NCBI GenBank assembly: GCA_951406725.2
Contig: OX597814.1
Span: forward strand, 119,226,001-119,290,000
Source of the DNA: Octopus vulgaris
Lineage: Eukaryota
Direction of reading: 5' to 3'
Length of the DNA: 64,000 nucleotides
Positions 13,671 through 25,578 of the stretch are shown piece by piece; within the stretch, counting starts at the first letter, position 1; each line of letters starts with the position of its first letter. A program made the translations under genes and the position numbers. The notes beneath the pieces were generated by a model. That model was not told where the DNA came from and made no database searches. It saw only the letters and a list, made by a program, of their open reading frames with translations.

Positions 13671-13804
13671 TTCGAGAAAAATCCCATCGGCGGGTGTTGG
13701 GTTTCGTCTCTCATCTATTCATTATAATTCATTTCATTCATCAATGTGTTTGTCCAGCCTGCAAAGCTCTTTGTACTGTCTATATGACAAATTTACGAAA
13801 TAAA

Positions 13805-13952
13805 GTAGCTTGCTTACCAGCCAAATGGTTCCGGGTTCAGTCCCATTGCGTGGCACTTTGGGGAAGTGACTTCTACTATAGCTTCGGGCCTACCAAAGCC
13901 TTGTGAGTGGATTTGGTAGATGGAAATTGAAGAAAAGCCCGTCGTATATATG

Positions 13953-13983
<31 letters not shown>

Positions 13984-14192
13984 TTGTGTCTGTGTTTGTT
14001 CTCTCAACATCGCTTGACAACAGATGCTGGTATGTTTACGTCCCCGTAACTTAGCGGTTCAGCAAGAGACCGATAAAATAAGTACTAGGCTTACAAAGAA
14101 TAAGTCCTGAGGTCGATTTGCTCGACTAAAGGTGATGCTCCAACATGGCCGCAGTCAAATGACTGAAACAAGTAAAAGAGTAAAAGAGAGAG
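13805..14192 (+). mobile_element. Family A SINE
   Basis: Matches 30537-30950 including the gactgaaacaagtaaaagag tail. Confidence 0.9.
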
Positions 14193-15068
14193 TATATATA
14201 CGCCCAATCATTTAAGCCTGGAATTATGTACTTACATACATACATACAAACATACACATACAGAGAGCACGTGTGTGTTCTTGCGTGCGAAAGTGTAGTG
14301 TTCATATTAACATTCCATCTGAGAAACACAGCACATCCCTCCAGTCAGCCCTCAAAACTCTGGTTAGCACATAATTCAGTCAGGGAGTAAAAGACGAAAG
14401 CGCCTCGATCTACTATTTGGCACATATGAAGAAAGCGAAGATGTGAGTGGCTCATTACGACCTTTCTCTTAGTCTAACACCAAAATTAGTATGAGAAAGA
14501 GGGAGACACAAAAACCGAAAAATAGAGAAACACCTACAGTGAAAGGAATGGACTACAGATGACTGCTGTGCGGTAATGTAATTTTTATCAAATGAAGAGC
14601 TGACTTTTCGCAGGGAATAATACGGATATTAATTGAGTGCAAAAGAATGTGTTTTTTTTTTGTACATAATCTATTTGTTATTTCATTAAATATAATCCCT
14701 TAATTCCGTAAACAATCGTATGCTCTTTGCCATTAAATCTGTATTAAAATCTCGCTAGACTTTGACAATGTTCTTTTGCACATGATTCTGAAGAAATAAA
14801 ACTGTTGAAGATAATGAAGATTGTTATGAAAATGTGAAAGCGCAAACTATATCCAAACAATAATTTAACAACGAATAAAATATCGATGTGCTAATAACAA
14901 ATCATATCTCGATAATATTTCTAGTGGTTTTGCTACTAAATTGGCATTCATTAATATTTTGAAGAGCAAGAAAAGAGATTCAGTGCTACAAGTCAAAGAA
15001 ATTCAGTTTCATATAATTATTACGTGTGCCTAAACACACACATATATATATGCATCTACACACATAGG

Positions 15069-15111
<43 letters not shown>

Positions 15112-15390
15112 CAGCACATACCCATATATATATATATATACACATATATATGCTTGTATGTGTGTGCATGTATATACACTCACACCACACGTGTGCGTCT
15201 ATCTAATCTATTTATCTATTTATCCATATATATATATATATATATATATGTGGGGGGGGGGTATACTCAAACCCACATACGCGTCCACAATTACGTACAC
15301 GTGTCTTTATGTATGTACGTAATGATATGCGAAATATTACTGTTATTCCCACTGATTATAATTTTTATTCAAATCTCAAATCAAACAGTA

Positions 15391-15433
15391 ATTATCTAGA
15401 TCGATTTTGGTAACACTGTTCATCAGAAATATT
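15391..15433 (-). ncRNA. Decayed hammerhead-like motif
   Basis: Minus strand: attt-CTGATGA-ac-agt-gtt-acc-aaaa-tcgatc-ta. Preceded on + by caaatcaaacagt, also seen in the 25572 and 34091 element family. Confidence 0.4.
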
Positions 15434-15797
15434 TTGCATAAATGCGTAGGCGTCCATTGTAATTCTATTGTAATTTTCACGACTGAAAGAAACATTTTTT
15501 CCTTGTCTGTAGTTAAAAGAATCTTCTCTTCGTGAATAGATTAAAACAAATATCTTATTCAGTTTAACAAAAATACTTGAATTTATTCCGAATTGTCTTA
15601 TCCAAAAAGTATTATGAAAATTAAAGATTTACTTGTATGCATAATCTCAGTATAGTCATAGATAATAAATGAGAAAATGATATTTTGTTTTTCTGTTCTT
15701 TTCTGTGAAATATCAAAATGAATATTTGCAATTATGCAACTGGAAGAAATATTTCGCTCAATGCTCCTTATGTATATACGCTTCTCCGCGTATATGC

Positions 15798-15890
<93 letters not shown>

Positions 15891-16149
15891 CAGACAAATG
15901 AATGAAGAAATTTGTTTGTATTTATTAACACTTTAATTAAGATTCTCATTGTTTAAGGTTTCGCAGGTGTCTTCGTAACCAGATGCTAGAATACAAACTA
16001 GAAATAATTTCAAAGAAATCTAAAATTGCTTCCTTTTGGAAAATTTTAAATCTCCATTCGTTGTCTTCGCTATCATACTGAACGGAGTTCTATTAGCAGT
16101 AAGTCTATACAGAGGAGTAGAGATTTGTGTTCCTCACTCTGACAACCTC

Positions 16150-17030
16150 AAACACGACGCGATATATCAGTGACATTAAGTGTATTAGATACAGCATGTA
16201 GCACGTTAGACAAGTTGTGAGCCGGTTAGTTCTCGTGTTCAGTCGCAACAATTACACGTGGTGAGGTAACCAATTTGATGAGGTTAGAATACATTTGAGT
16301 TTAGGTGGCGGACACGGAATACAGCAGGCGTAAATCTCTTCTGACAGCAACCCTTCCATTGAGGTTGAGCTAACAAGGCAAGTTATCGGTTGCCAGTAGA
16401 CTGAAGTAATTCAAATTTGCGTACAAAAATCCAGGTGGAACTTCCGTTCTAAGGGGTTAGGATGGGAACAAAATGTGGGTGTGTAAATGCAAACATAAAT
16501 TTGTATCCTTTCTGGAAGTAGATATAAAAAAGAAGCGGTTTGTGTGTGGCAGAGTGGCGTATGTGTATAGAGATATTCAAAAGTGGAAGTATAGTTGTGT
16601 TGGTGAGAGCAGCTGTTGGTGTGTAGTCATTTTGTGGTTGGTGTGAACGCGTAAGGAGATGAGACGGTGTGATAGCGTGACAGAATAAAGATATCGGTGA
16701 AATATTTGAGATGGTGGGATCAATAGGGAAGTTGTCTTTCATGTTTTCACAAAGGCAAATGGGTTTAAAGGAAAGTTTGAGAGAAAAAAAGGTAATATGT
16801 GTAAATTCTGTGGAGTAAGGTAAGGACAAAAAATTGTTAAAATGTGCACAACATTGATAAAAGAACTGGAACATAAGGTAGAGTCTCCAGAGAATGGTAA
16901 GAAACTGGTAAAGTTCACGATAGAGAAATAACTGCGTTGATGAAGCTGGCAAATTCTGCCGAGAATAACTCCAAATGTGATGCATGTGGTGTTAAAAGAA
17001 AATGTTGGCGGGGAGATTAAAAAAAAATTG
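16150..17030 (-). mobile_element. Decayed Penelope-like element RT C-terminal/linker region
   Basis: Minus-strand pieces EFASFINAV..VNFT..LPF and YSTEFTHITFFSLKLSFKPICLCENMKDNF align by eye with the PLE motifs FxxxxNxxHPxIKFT..LPFLD and YxSxHPxHxKxSIPYSQFLRLRRLCSxxxDF. Confidence 0.45.
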
Positions 17031-17256
17031 AGTAGCTTCTGTTGGTATGTCTGTTTCTCATAACACCTATGAAAATAATTCTTCGAGTTGACCTTTGGCC
17101 GACAATGTCACTATTCCATTCAATAAATAAATATCGAAGAAATAAGTACTCTGGTTAATATTTCACTATTTTAATTGATTTAACTTTGACTCATTCGTTA
17201 TGGGGTTTTAACATTTTGAGTGGAAGGAATCCTTCTTTACAGTAACATATGTAAAT

Positions 17257-17948
17257 TAACGAATGCAAAACATGTTCGGACTTAATAACGAATGCAAAAC
17301 ATGTTCGAACTTAATAACGAATGCAAAACATGTTCGAACTTAATAACGAATGCAAAACATGTTCGAACTTAATAACGAATGCAAAACATGTTCGAACTTA
17401 ATTACGAATGCAAAACATGTTCGAACTTAATAACGAATGCAAAACATTTTCGAACTTAATAACGAATGCAAAACATGTTCGAACTTAATAACGAATGCAA
17501 AACATTTTCGAACTTAATAACGAATGCAAAACATGTTCGAACTTAATAACGAATGCAAAACATTTTCGAACTTAATAACGAATGCAAAACATGTTCGAAC
17601 TTAATAACGAATGCAAAACATTTTCGAACTTAATAACGAATGCAAAACATGTTCGAACTTAATAACGAATGCAAAACATATTCGAACTTAATAACGAATG
17701 CAAAACATGTTCGAACTTAATAACGAATGTAAAACATGTTCGAACTTAATAACAAATGCAAAACATATTTGAACTTAATAACGAATGCAAAACATGTTCG
17801 AATTTAATAACGAATGCAAAACATGTTCGAACTTAACAACGAATGCAAAAAAATGTTCAAACTTAATAACGAATGCAAAACATGTCCGAACTTAATAACA
17901 AATGCAAACATGTTCGAACTTAATAACGAATGCAAAGCATGTTCGAAC
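17257..17948. repeat. 29-bp minisatellite, ~24 copies (taataacgaatgcaaaacatgttcgaact)
   Basis: Period 29 (e.g. ctt at 17281 and 17310); contiguous, near-identical units with no spacers. Confidence 0.97.
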
Positions 17949-18656
17949 AACGCGTGCTGTATTTTAATAATAATCTAAATTAAAGTAACTAAATGCACTA
18001 TGAAATTTATTAATAGCATCATCCTTTCTATGTATTTGCTCTTCTCCCGTGTTTCTCTACTTGTTCTTCCTTTATTGTGGAAAGTATATTCAAGCAAAAT
18101 ACTCTGAATAACTCAAACTCAATGTTATATATTTATTTGTTTTACATTTTTTACTTCCTACGAATACAATGAGGGAGCAATGATTTGACGGGTGATACTA
18201 GATCAAAATATAATTATTCCATGACAATATGAATTCTTTTCTTGCAGAAATGTCAATGTCTTCTTTTTAATGGAGTTACACACCAATAGGATTTCGAAAT
18301 TGAAAGTGTTGTGGCTTTTCACCTACAATATTAAATGAATGTGTATATGTGAGACTTTGTGTGAATGTGTATATGTGAGACTTTGTGTGTATGTGTGAGA
18401 GTGTGTGTATTTATACAGGGCTGAGGAAAAGCAGGTATAATGTTGCTTAATCTAAGTGAAATGTTATATTCATTTCTCTATTTCTTTTATAGGATAAGAA
18501 TTATATGACTTCACGCAAAAGAACATAGAAACATAGAATTATTTTCCCAAAAAAGAAAGAGGGAATTGAATAGAACATTCCACTCATATAAAGCTACTGT
18601 ATGCTTAATTTTGCCCACACCCTGCTTAAACAGACATACACACACAAACACACACC

Positions 18657-18705
<49 letters not shown>

Positions 18706-19036
18706 ATACTTACGCATAGAGTAGCGACATATCGAGCATTTGTCATTTAAAAAATTAAGTATTTTCCAATAATCAATAGTTTCTTTTCATTCCCTTTGTT
18801 TCCAATCCTCCAAGAATGTTAATGAGCCAATAAAATTATACTCACTCCAACACCCAGGAAATATCTCTTGATATATATATGGATATGTGTGGTTGTATCT
18901 ACATGTGACCGTGTCTTCATGTTTGTATATGTACTTATGTTTATGAATGTGCATGAATATATGGTGATACAGGTTAACATATGTACATGTTATCTCACGG
19001 TATATATCAGTTGATTCACGGGAAGGGGAGGTTGAT

Positions 19037-19073
19037 TGCACAACATTTCGAACAGTGCCCTTCTTCAGAGGCA
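19037..19073 (-). ncRNA. Minimal (Penelope-type) hammerhead ribozyme motif, slightly decayed
   Basis: Minus strand: tgcct-CTGAAGA-a-GGGC-act-GTTC-GAAA-t-GTT-gtgca. Core, 4-bp stem II with two G-U pairs, GAAA, GUU triplet, imperfect stem I. Confidence 0.6.
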
Positions 19074-19598
19074 GCAGTGTCGTACGCAATCTGTGTTTGA
19101 ACGAATTGTTGAAATTGAAGAAGGCAAGACAACTTGGGGTTGCATACAGAGACAGGAAGTTAAGAAGAGGGAAATTCGGTCTGAAAGGAAGAAGAAAAAA
19201 GAAATGTTTCCTTCCACCTGACACTTTCCACTTTCTCTTCTTATCATTTTTATTTCCTTCTCCATCTCTTTCCCAAATTCTTTCACTATCTGCTTCTTGT
19301 TTACGCATGCAAATTTATGTTTTCTTGCATTATACATCTGGTGCAGCCCGCTCACTCAAGATTCAGTAATATCTTTTATATATGTATATGCGCTGTAGTC
19401 GCACAGCGCATTAGGTTAAGAGTATCTCTCTCTGTATGCGTGTATATATATATATAAGTTCAGCAAAAATTTAGATTCAGATGACTATGGTACTTAAGTT
19501 AAACGCACCAGAATTTGGTATGGTATTATCCATATAAATCAAATGGGGTGGTTATAATCAAAATAAACAACAAGGATATCCTTGTTGTTTATTTTGAT

Positions 19599-20134
<536 letters not shown>

Positions 20135-20898
20135 AACAGGGAAATGCATTTATAGGATTACAATTGATAGAATATTGAGCAAGATAAGTGACTTCTACAT
20201 AGATATTTGGTATTTATGTGTTATCTAATAGATGTAACTGGTCAAATAACGGCATTCGAAACTCAGCCCACACAAAATTTAACTTAGCCATGCAAGTTTG
20301 ACCGATTACGCATGTCTATATTATAAAATCTCTGAGGTATATTTTTTTATGCTATTACATTTTTCATCTTATATATATATATATAATGTAATAGTTGGTT
20401 TAACGATAATAAAATTTATAGTTTTCAGTTCTAATTAATTATGATTGGAAAACATCAGAGAACAAAACCTTCTAATTATAACATCTAAGAAACTTTAAAT
20501 TTGAATTATATAACGCGAATAACACAGCCGGTCCATATTATAATTGGCAAACTGACTAATGTATTTTATTTTTGCAAAAATACCCGATATTATAATATTA
20601 ACTAGCGAGTTATTCATTTGTAGATTTTTAAATGTAATTTCACACACCACAGAACGCAAAGCAGCGCTCCACTTTTCCCACACATACACGCATCATATGC
20701 GTGCGTGCGTGTGTATTTATTGGTATATTATTTTACACTTTCATATATCATATTTAGGTTACTTACCCAGTATTCAAGATTGATTAGCGATTGAAAGTAA
20801 AACTTCAAATCTGATAAGATAAGTAGAGTGGTACATACAAAAAGTCTGAAACTGAAGTAAATTTTTTAGTTTTGTATTATAATATTTGTTGCAAAATT

Positions 20899-21461
20899 AA
20901 GGCGGCAAGCTGGCAGAAACGTTAGCACGCCGGGCGAAATGCTTAGCAGTATTTCGTCTGCCGCTACGTTCTGAGTTCAAATTCCGCCGAGGTCGACTTT
21001 GCCTTTCATCCTTTCAGGCTCGATAAAATAAGTATCAGTTACACACTGGGGTCGATATAATCGACTTAATTCGTTCGTCTGTCCTTGTTTGTCCTCTGTT
21101 TAGCTCCTTGTGGGTTATAAAGAAATAAGTATTTCGTCTGCCGCTACGTTCTGAGTCCAAATTCCGTCGAAGTCGACTTTGCCTTTCATCCTTTCGTGGT
21201 CGATTAACTAAGTACCAGTTACGTACTGGAGTCGATATAATCGACTTAATGCATTTGTCTGTCCTTGTTTGTCCTCTCCTGTGTTTAGCCCCCTTTGTGG
21301 GTAATAAAGAAATAGGTATTTCGCCTGTCATTATCTTCTGAGTTCAAATTCCGCCGAGCTCGACATTGCCTTTTATCCTTTCGCGGTCGATAGATTAAGT
21401 ACCATTTGCGTACTGGAGTCGATCGATCTACCTCCAAAATTTTGGTCCTAGAGTAGAAAAG
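20899..21461 (+). mobile_element. Family B SINE with tandemly triplicated body under one TSD
   Basis: One head; body gtatttcg..ttctgagttcaaattccg repeated at ~20948, ~21129 and ~21316. Flanked by aatatttgttgcaaaa (20881-20896) and aatatttattgcaaaa (21462-21477). Confidence 0.85.
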
Positions 21462-21489
21462 AATATTTATTGCAAAACAATAATAATAA

Positions 21490-21675
21490 TCCTTTCTACT
21501 ATAATCACAAGGTCTGAAATATTGGGGGAGGAGAGCAGTCGATTACATCGACCCAGAATTTCACTGGTACTTAATTTATCAACCTCGAAATCTTTGGAAA
21601 TTGAACACAAAACGTAGCGGCAAACGAAATACCGCTAAGCATTTGGCCCGATGCGCTAACGATTCTGCCAGCTTA
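21490..21675 (-). mobile_element. Family B SINE (variant tail)
   Basis: Reverse-complement head gctggcagaatcgttagc..atgcttagcggtatttcg. Confidence 0.8.
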
Positions 21676-23259
21676 ATAAGTTATCCTATAGGCACAAGCC
21701 CAGAAATTTGGAGGGAAAGGCCTAGTTAATTACATGGATGTCGCCATCGGTTATTAATAGTAATGATAATAATAGGAAAAAGAACACACATTTTTGCAGA
21801 ATCTACCGAGTCTCTAATGGTAAATATATAAACAAATATATATAAATAATAATGATGGATGAGGATGGCTACTCTCTGACTAAAATAACTTATGTATACA
21901 CAAATATTTCTTCCACACACTTAGTATACAGATCCAAGTGGTCCATTTCATACCCTTATAAATAACTATTATTTAAATTCTAACCAATTTGTACCTTTTT
22001 AATGTACCGAGCACGCAAAATCATTAGCACTTCGGCATTTCATTGGACTTTACGTTCGGAGTTCAAATTTCACCGAGATCACTTTTCCCTCTCATCATTT
22101 GAGGGTCGATAAAATAAGTACAAATCGAGCATTGGGATCGATATCATTGAATCACCCCTCCTACAAAATTGCTTAAATTGTGTCAAAATTCGAAACCGAT
22201 ATTTTGTGTTTTATTTCATCTTTTTGGATATTGTTTACTCATTCTATAATCATAGTTTTTACGATTTCATATAAATTTGTTCCTCATTGTGTATGTTTTT
22301 ATTTCCATAAGATTCTGCAGAGACTTCCGGAGAAAATATACAAATCTTTATTTTATGAAATGCGTGCGTTTATCTGTATACTTATATCTGTACGTATACT
22401 CATGTTATACATTACGTATTAATGCTATACTAGTTTTAATTTTTATTAATTTGAAGTCTGGTAGTTAAATATACATATATGCAAAATCGCTCTGTATATG
22501 GGAAGATATCAACCCATGCATTAGCACATATTTTTGTCTACTCTGAATGATAAATAAAGTTTGAGAAAATTCTATAATATAACGAGCTTGCACATTTACT
22601 TATGATAAAAAATAAATCTGATTATATTTGTCTCTAAATTTGTGCTAATTATCCCTTCGTCTGTGAATACATTATCTGAAACTTATATTTTTTCCTTCAC
22701 TGTAATAGTTTTGTCTTCATCTCAAATTCACCGTGGAATTTAATAATTGTCTATGGCAAAGGTTCTGTAATGTCTCAGAAATATTGCTTTGTCTTTCAAT
22801 TCTCACTGAATTCTTTTCACTTTAAGTATATTTTACGATGCAATCGCGTATGTATTCATATGAGATGAAATATTAACTTTTGCAATAAATTATTATAGAG
22901 CAACATGTCTGCCTCTTGACGTCGGTTTCTTTGAGTTGTGTCAAGATTAAATATGGAGTAAGACACAAGTAACATTTCATCGAGAGATAAATGGATGATA
23001 TAATTCCCCTAGCCACCTCTTAACAAACTTCTTTACCGATATAAGACATCTGAAATACAGATAGAAACAAATTACATTTTGTTTCTTGTTTTATATAGAA
23101 AGAGCGGACACAATTGTTGTATTTTAAGTAATACAGTGGAGTGAAAATATGTTGTTCATCAGTACAGTATCTACAACTATAAATTAACTCCAAGTTAAAT
23201 TCATGACCGAATATTTATTTAGAAGCCAATTAATTACGCGTAAATATAGTATTGGGGGA

Positions 23260-23545
23260 TAGAAGCTTGTTTTGTAATTATTTAGTTCAGGTTCGGTCCC
23301 GCTGAGCGGCAATTCGGGAAAGTGATTTTTACTATAATCTTGGACTGACCAATGCCTTGTGAGTAAACGAGGTTCACGAAAAGAGTATAGAAGCCTGTCG
23401 CGTGTTTGTGTGTGTGGATTTGCATGTGTGCTTTATATGTCTCTGTGTGTATATTTTATATTTGTGTTCCCCCACCGCTTGACAGCCGGTATAGGCTTGT
23501 TTACATCCCTGTAACAAGTGGTTCGGCAAAAAATACCTAATGGGT
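23260..23545 (+). mobile_element. Old family A SINE
   Basis: Degenerate match (gaccaatgccttgtgagt...gttcggcaaaa). Confidence 0.7.
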
Positions 23546-23574
23546 AAGTGTGTCTATGTATGTATGCATGTATG

Positions 23575-23608
<34 letters not shown>

Positions 23609-23660
23609 TGTATGTATGTATGTATGTATGTATGTATGTATGTATGTATCTATCTATCTA

Positions 23661-23710
<50 letters not shown>

Positions 23711-23780
23711 AAATAAGATTTTCAATTAGGTTGGTTAAATCAGCTTCGTCTTAATTGTAAATTTTTATCTTTATTCCCTT

Positions 23781-23874
23781 ATTCACCTGAAGAAAACATT
23801 TTTTATAGCTTTTTTGCATGATGTAACACTTTTGATCACCAATAAAGAACGCCTCTGAAACAGTTGTAGAGGAT
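23781..23874 (+). ncRNA. Type I hammerhead motif with long stem II insert, decayed
   Basis: attcac-CTGAAGA(23787-93)-aaacattttttat...ataaagaacgcctct-GAAAC(23857-61)-agtt-GTA-gaggat; stem I pairs at 5 of 6 positions. Confidence 0.6.
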
Positions 23875-23896
23875 CGCATCAAACTTTTGTTATTAA

Positions 23897-23941
<45 letters not shown>

Positions 23942-24032
23942 TACTACTACTACTACTAAGTATATTTACAAATATAGTCTATGTCAATGTATGTACATAA
24001 AACGTTCATGCATAGATTTCGATATATATATA

Positions 24033-24100
<68 letters not shown>

Positions 24101-24697
24101 TGAGTACATGTGTGAGAGTACATATGTGTGTATACATGCATCTACGCACATGTCAATAATTATGGTTACTAGGGGCAGAAAAGAAATTGTATAGGAAGTT
24201 TCCCAACGAATACATACATCTGTATTAAATATAAATTTAAACTTAGCTTCCTTCACCACTGCTAATGAATTATTAACCAAAATATCTTTCTCTTGGTAAG
24301 AATTGCCACAAATATTCTCTATGGAAACCATTCTTTTATGAAATGTCTTTGGTAATATAAATTATGCAATTAACAGACAATATTCTATTGGTGAGATTCA
24401 AGCAAAATCAAAATAGGAGCTTCTATTTATGAATATCGAGACTTTGTACTTGAAACTGAAATAACAAAAACTGAAATAACAAATAAACATATAACGATCA
24501 CATGATGTACACTTTATATATTTGTTTAGTACATTTTTTTCGCTAGCAGATTTATATATATATATATATATATATCAACAATCAAGGAACGGCCATAATA
24601 GGCCATTCACCTACTAGAAATAACAGCCAAAGCTTCAACCGCAAATAAAAGTTAATTCTGTAAACCAGGAGAAAATTTAAAAAACATTTACCCTGTA

Positions 24698-24804
24698 ATT
24701 TCTTATACGATATACCGTTTCATCTGCTGATTAATGGTAAACTAACCTGATTAAATTAAATCAAGCCAATCTTCCACAGGCCCTCAGATTCTTCAGTAAG
24801 AAAT
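24698..24804 (-). ncRNA. Type I hammerhead ribozyme, mirror copy
   Basis: Exact reverse complement of 24821-24927. Confidence 0.85.
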
Positions 24805-24820
24805 AGCCCAAGTCGGGGCT

Positions 24821-24927
24821 ATTTCTTACTGAAGAATCTGAGGGCCTGTGGAAGATTGGCTTGATTTAATTTAATCAGGTTAGTTTACCATTAATCAGCA
24901 GATGAAACGGTATATCGTATAAGAAAT
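24821..24927 (+). ncRNA. Type I hammerhead ribozyme, structurally intact, extended stem II
   Basis: Stem I atttctta(24821-28)/taagaaat(24920-27), perfect 8 bp. Core CTGAAGA 24829-35. Stem II atctg/cagat enclosing a long G-U-rich hairpin. GAAA 24904-07. Stem III ACGG-tata-TCGT. Cleavage triplet GTA 24917-19. Confidence 0.85.
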
Positions 24928-25151
24928 TACAGGGTAAATGTTTTTTAAATTTTCTCCTGGTTTACAGAATTAACTTTTATTTGCGGTTGAAGCTTTGGCT
25001 GTTATTTCTAGAAGGTGAATGGCCTATTATGGCCGTTCCTTGATTGTTGATGTTAAACTTAAAAATGGTCTATGACTATTTAATTTTTTTCCTACTAGGC
25101 CGCTGGTGGCAAAAGAATTCTACAAAATTTTTTTTTGCCACCCTATATTGA

Positions 25152-25192
<41 letters not shown>

Positions 25193-25335
25193 CATTGTAT
25201 TTTGATAGACACTCTTATTGGAATAGACTCTCATATGTGTGCGCGCGCACACACAATAACAAACACACATACATATGCACACCGTATGAACTGTTATATA
25301 CTTGATGTCCAATGTAATTGATATATTTCCTATAT

Positions 25336-25547
25336 TTTGTTTCAGTCATTTGACTGTGGCCATGTTGGAGCACCACCTTTAGTCAAGCAAATCAACCCCA
25401 AGACTTATTCTTTGTAAGCGTAGTACTTATTCTATCGGTCTGTTTTCCTGAACCGCTAGGTTACGGGGACGTAAACACCCCAGCATAGGTTGTCAAGCGA
25501 TGTTGGGGAGAAAACACTGACATACAAACATACACACACACACACAT

Positions 25548-25578
<31 letters not shown>

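Larger units (their letters stand above)
24574..25051. repeat. 478-bp near-perfect palindrome (236-bp arms, 6-nt spacer aagtcg, one mismatch)
   Basis: Arms 24574-24809 and 24816-25051 are reverse complements apart from 24613/25012. Left end abuts a (TA)n tract; right side continues ~100 bp to another (TA)n at ~25155. Confidence 0.97.

Noticed and set aside
17257-17948. CRISPR-like array (29-bp partly palindromic repeat)
   Set aside because: Units are directly contiguous with no unique spacers, there are no cas genes, and the context is eukaryotic.
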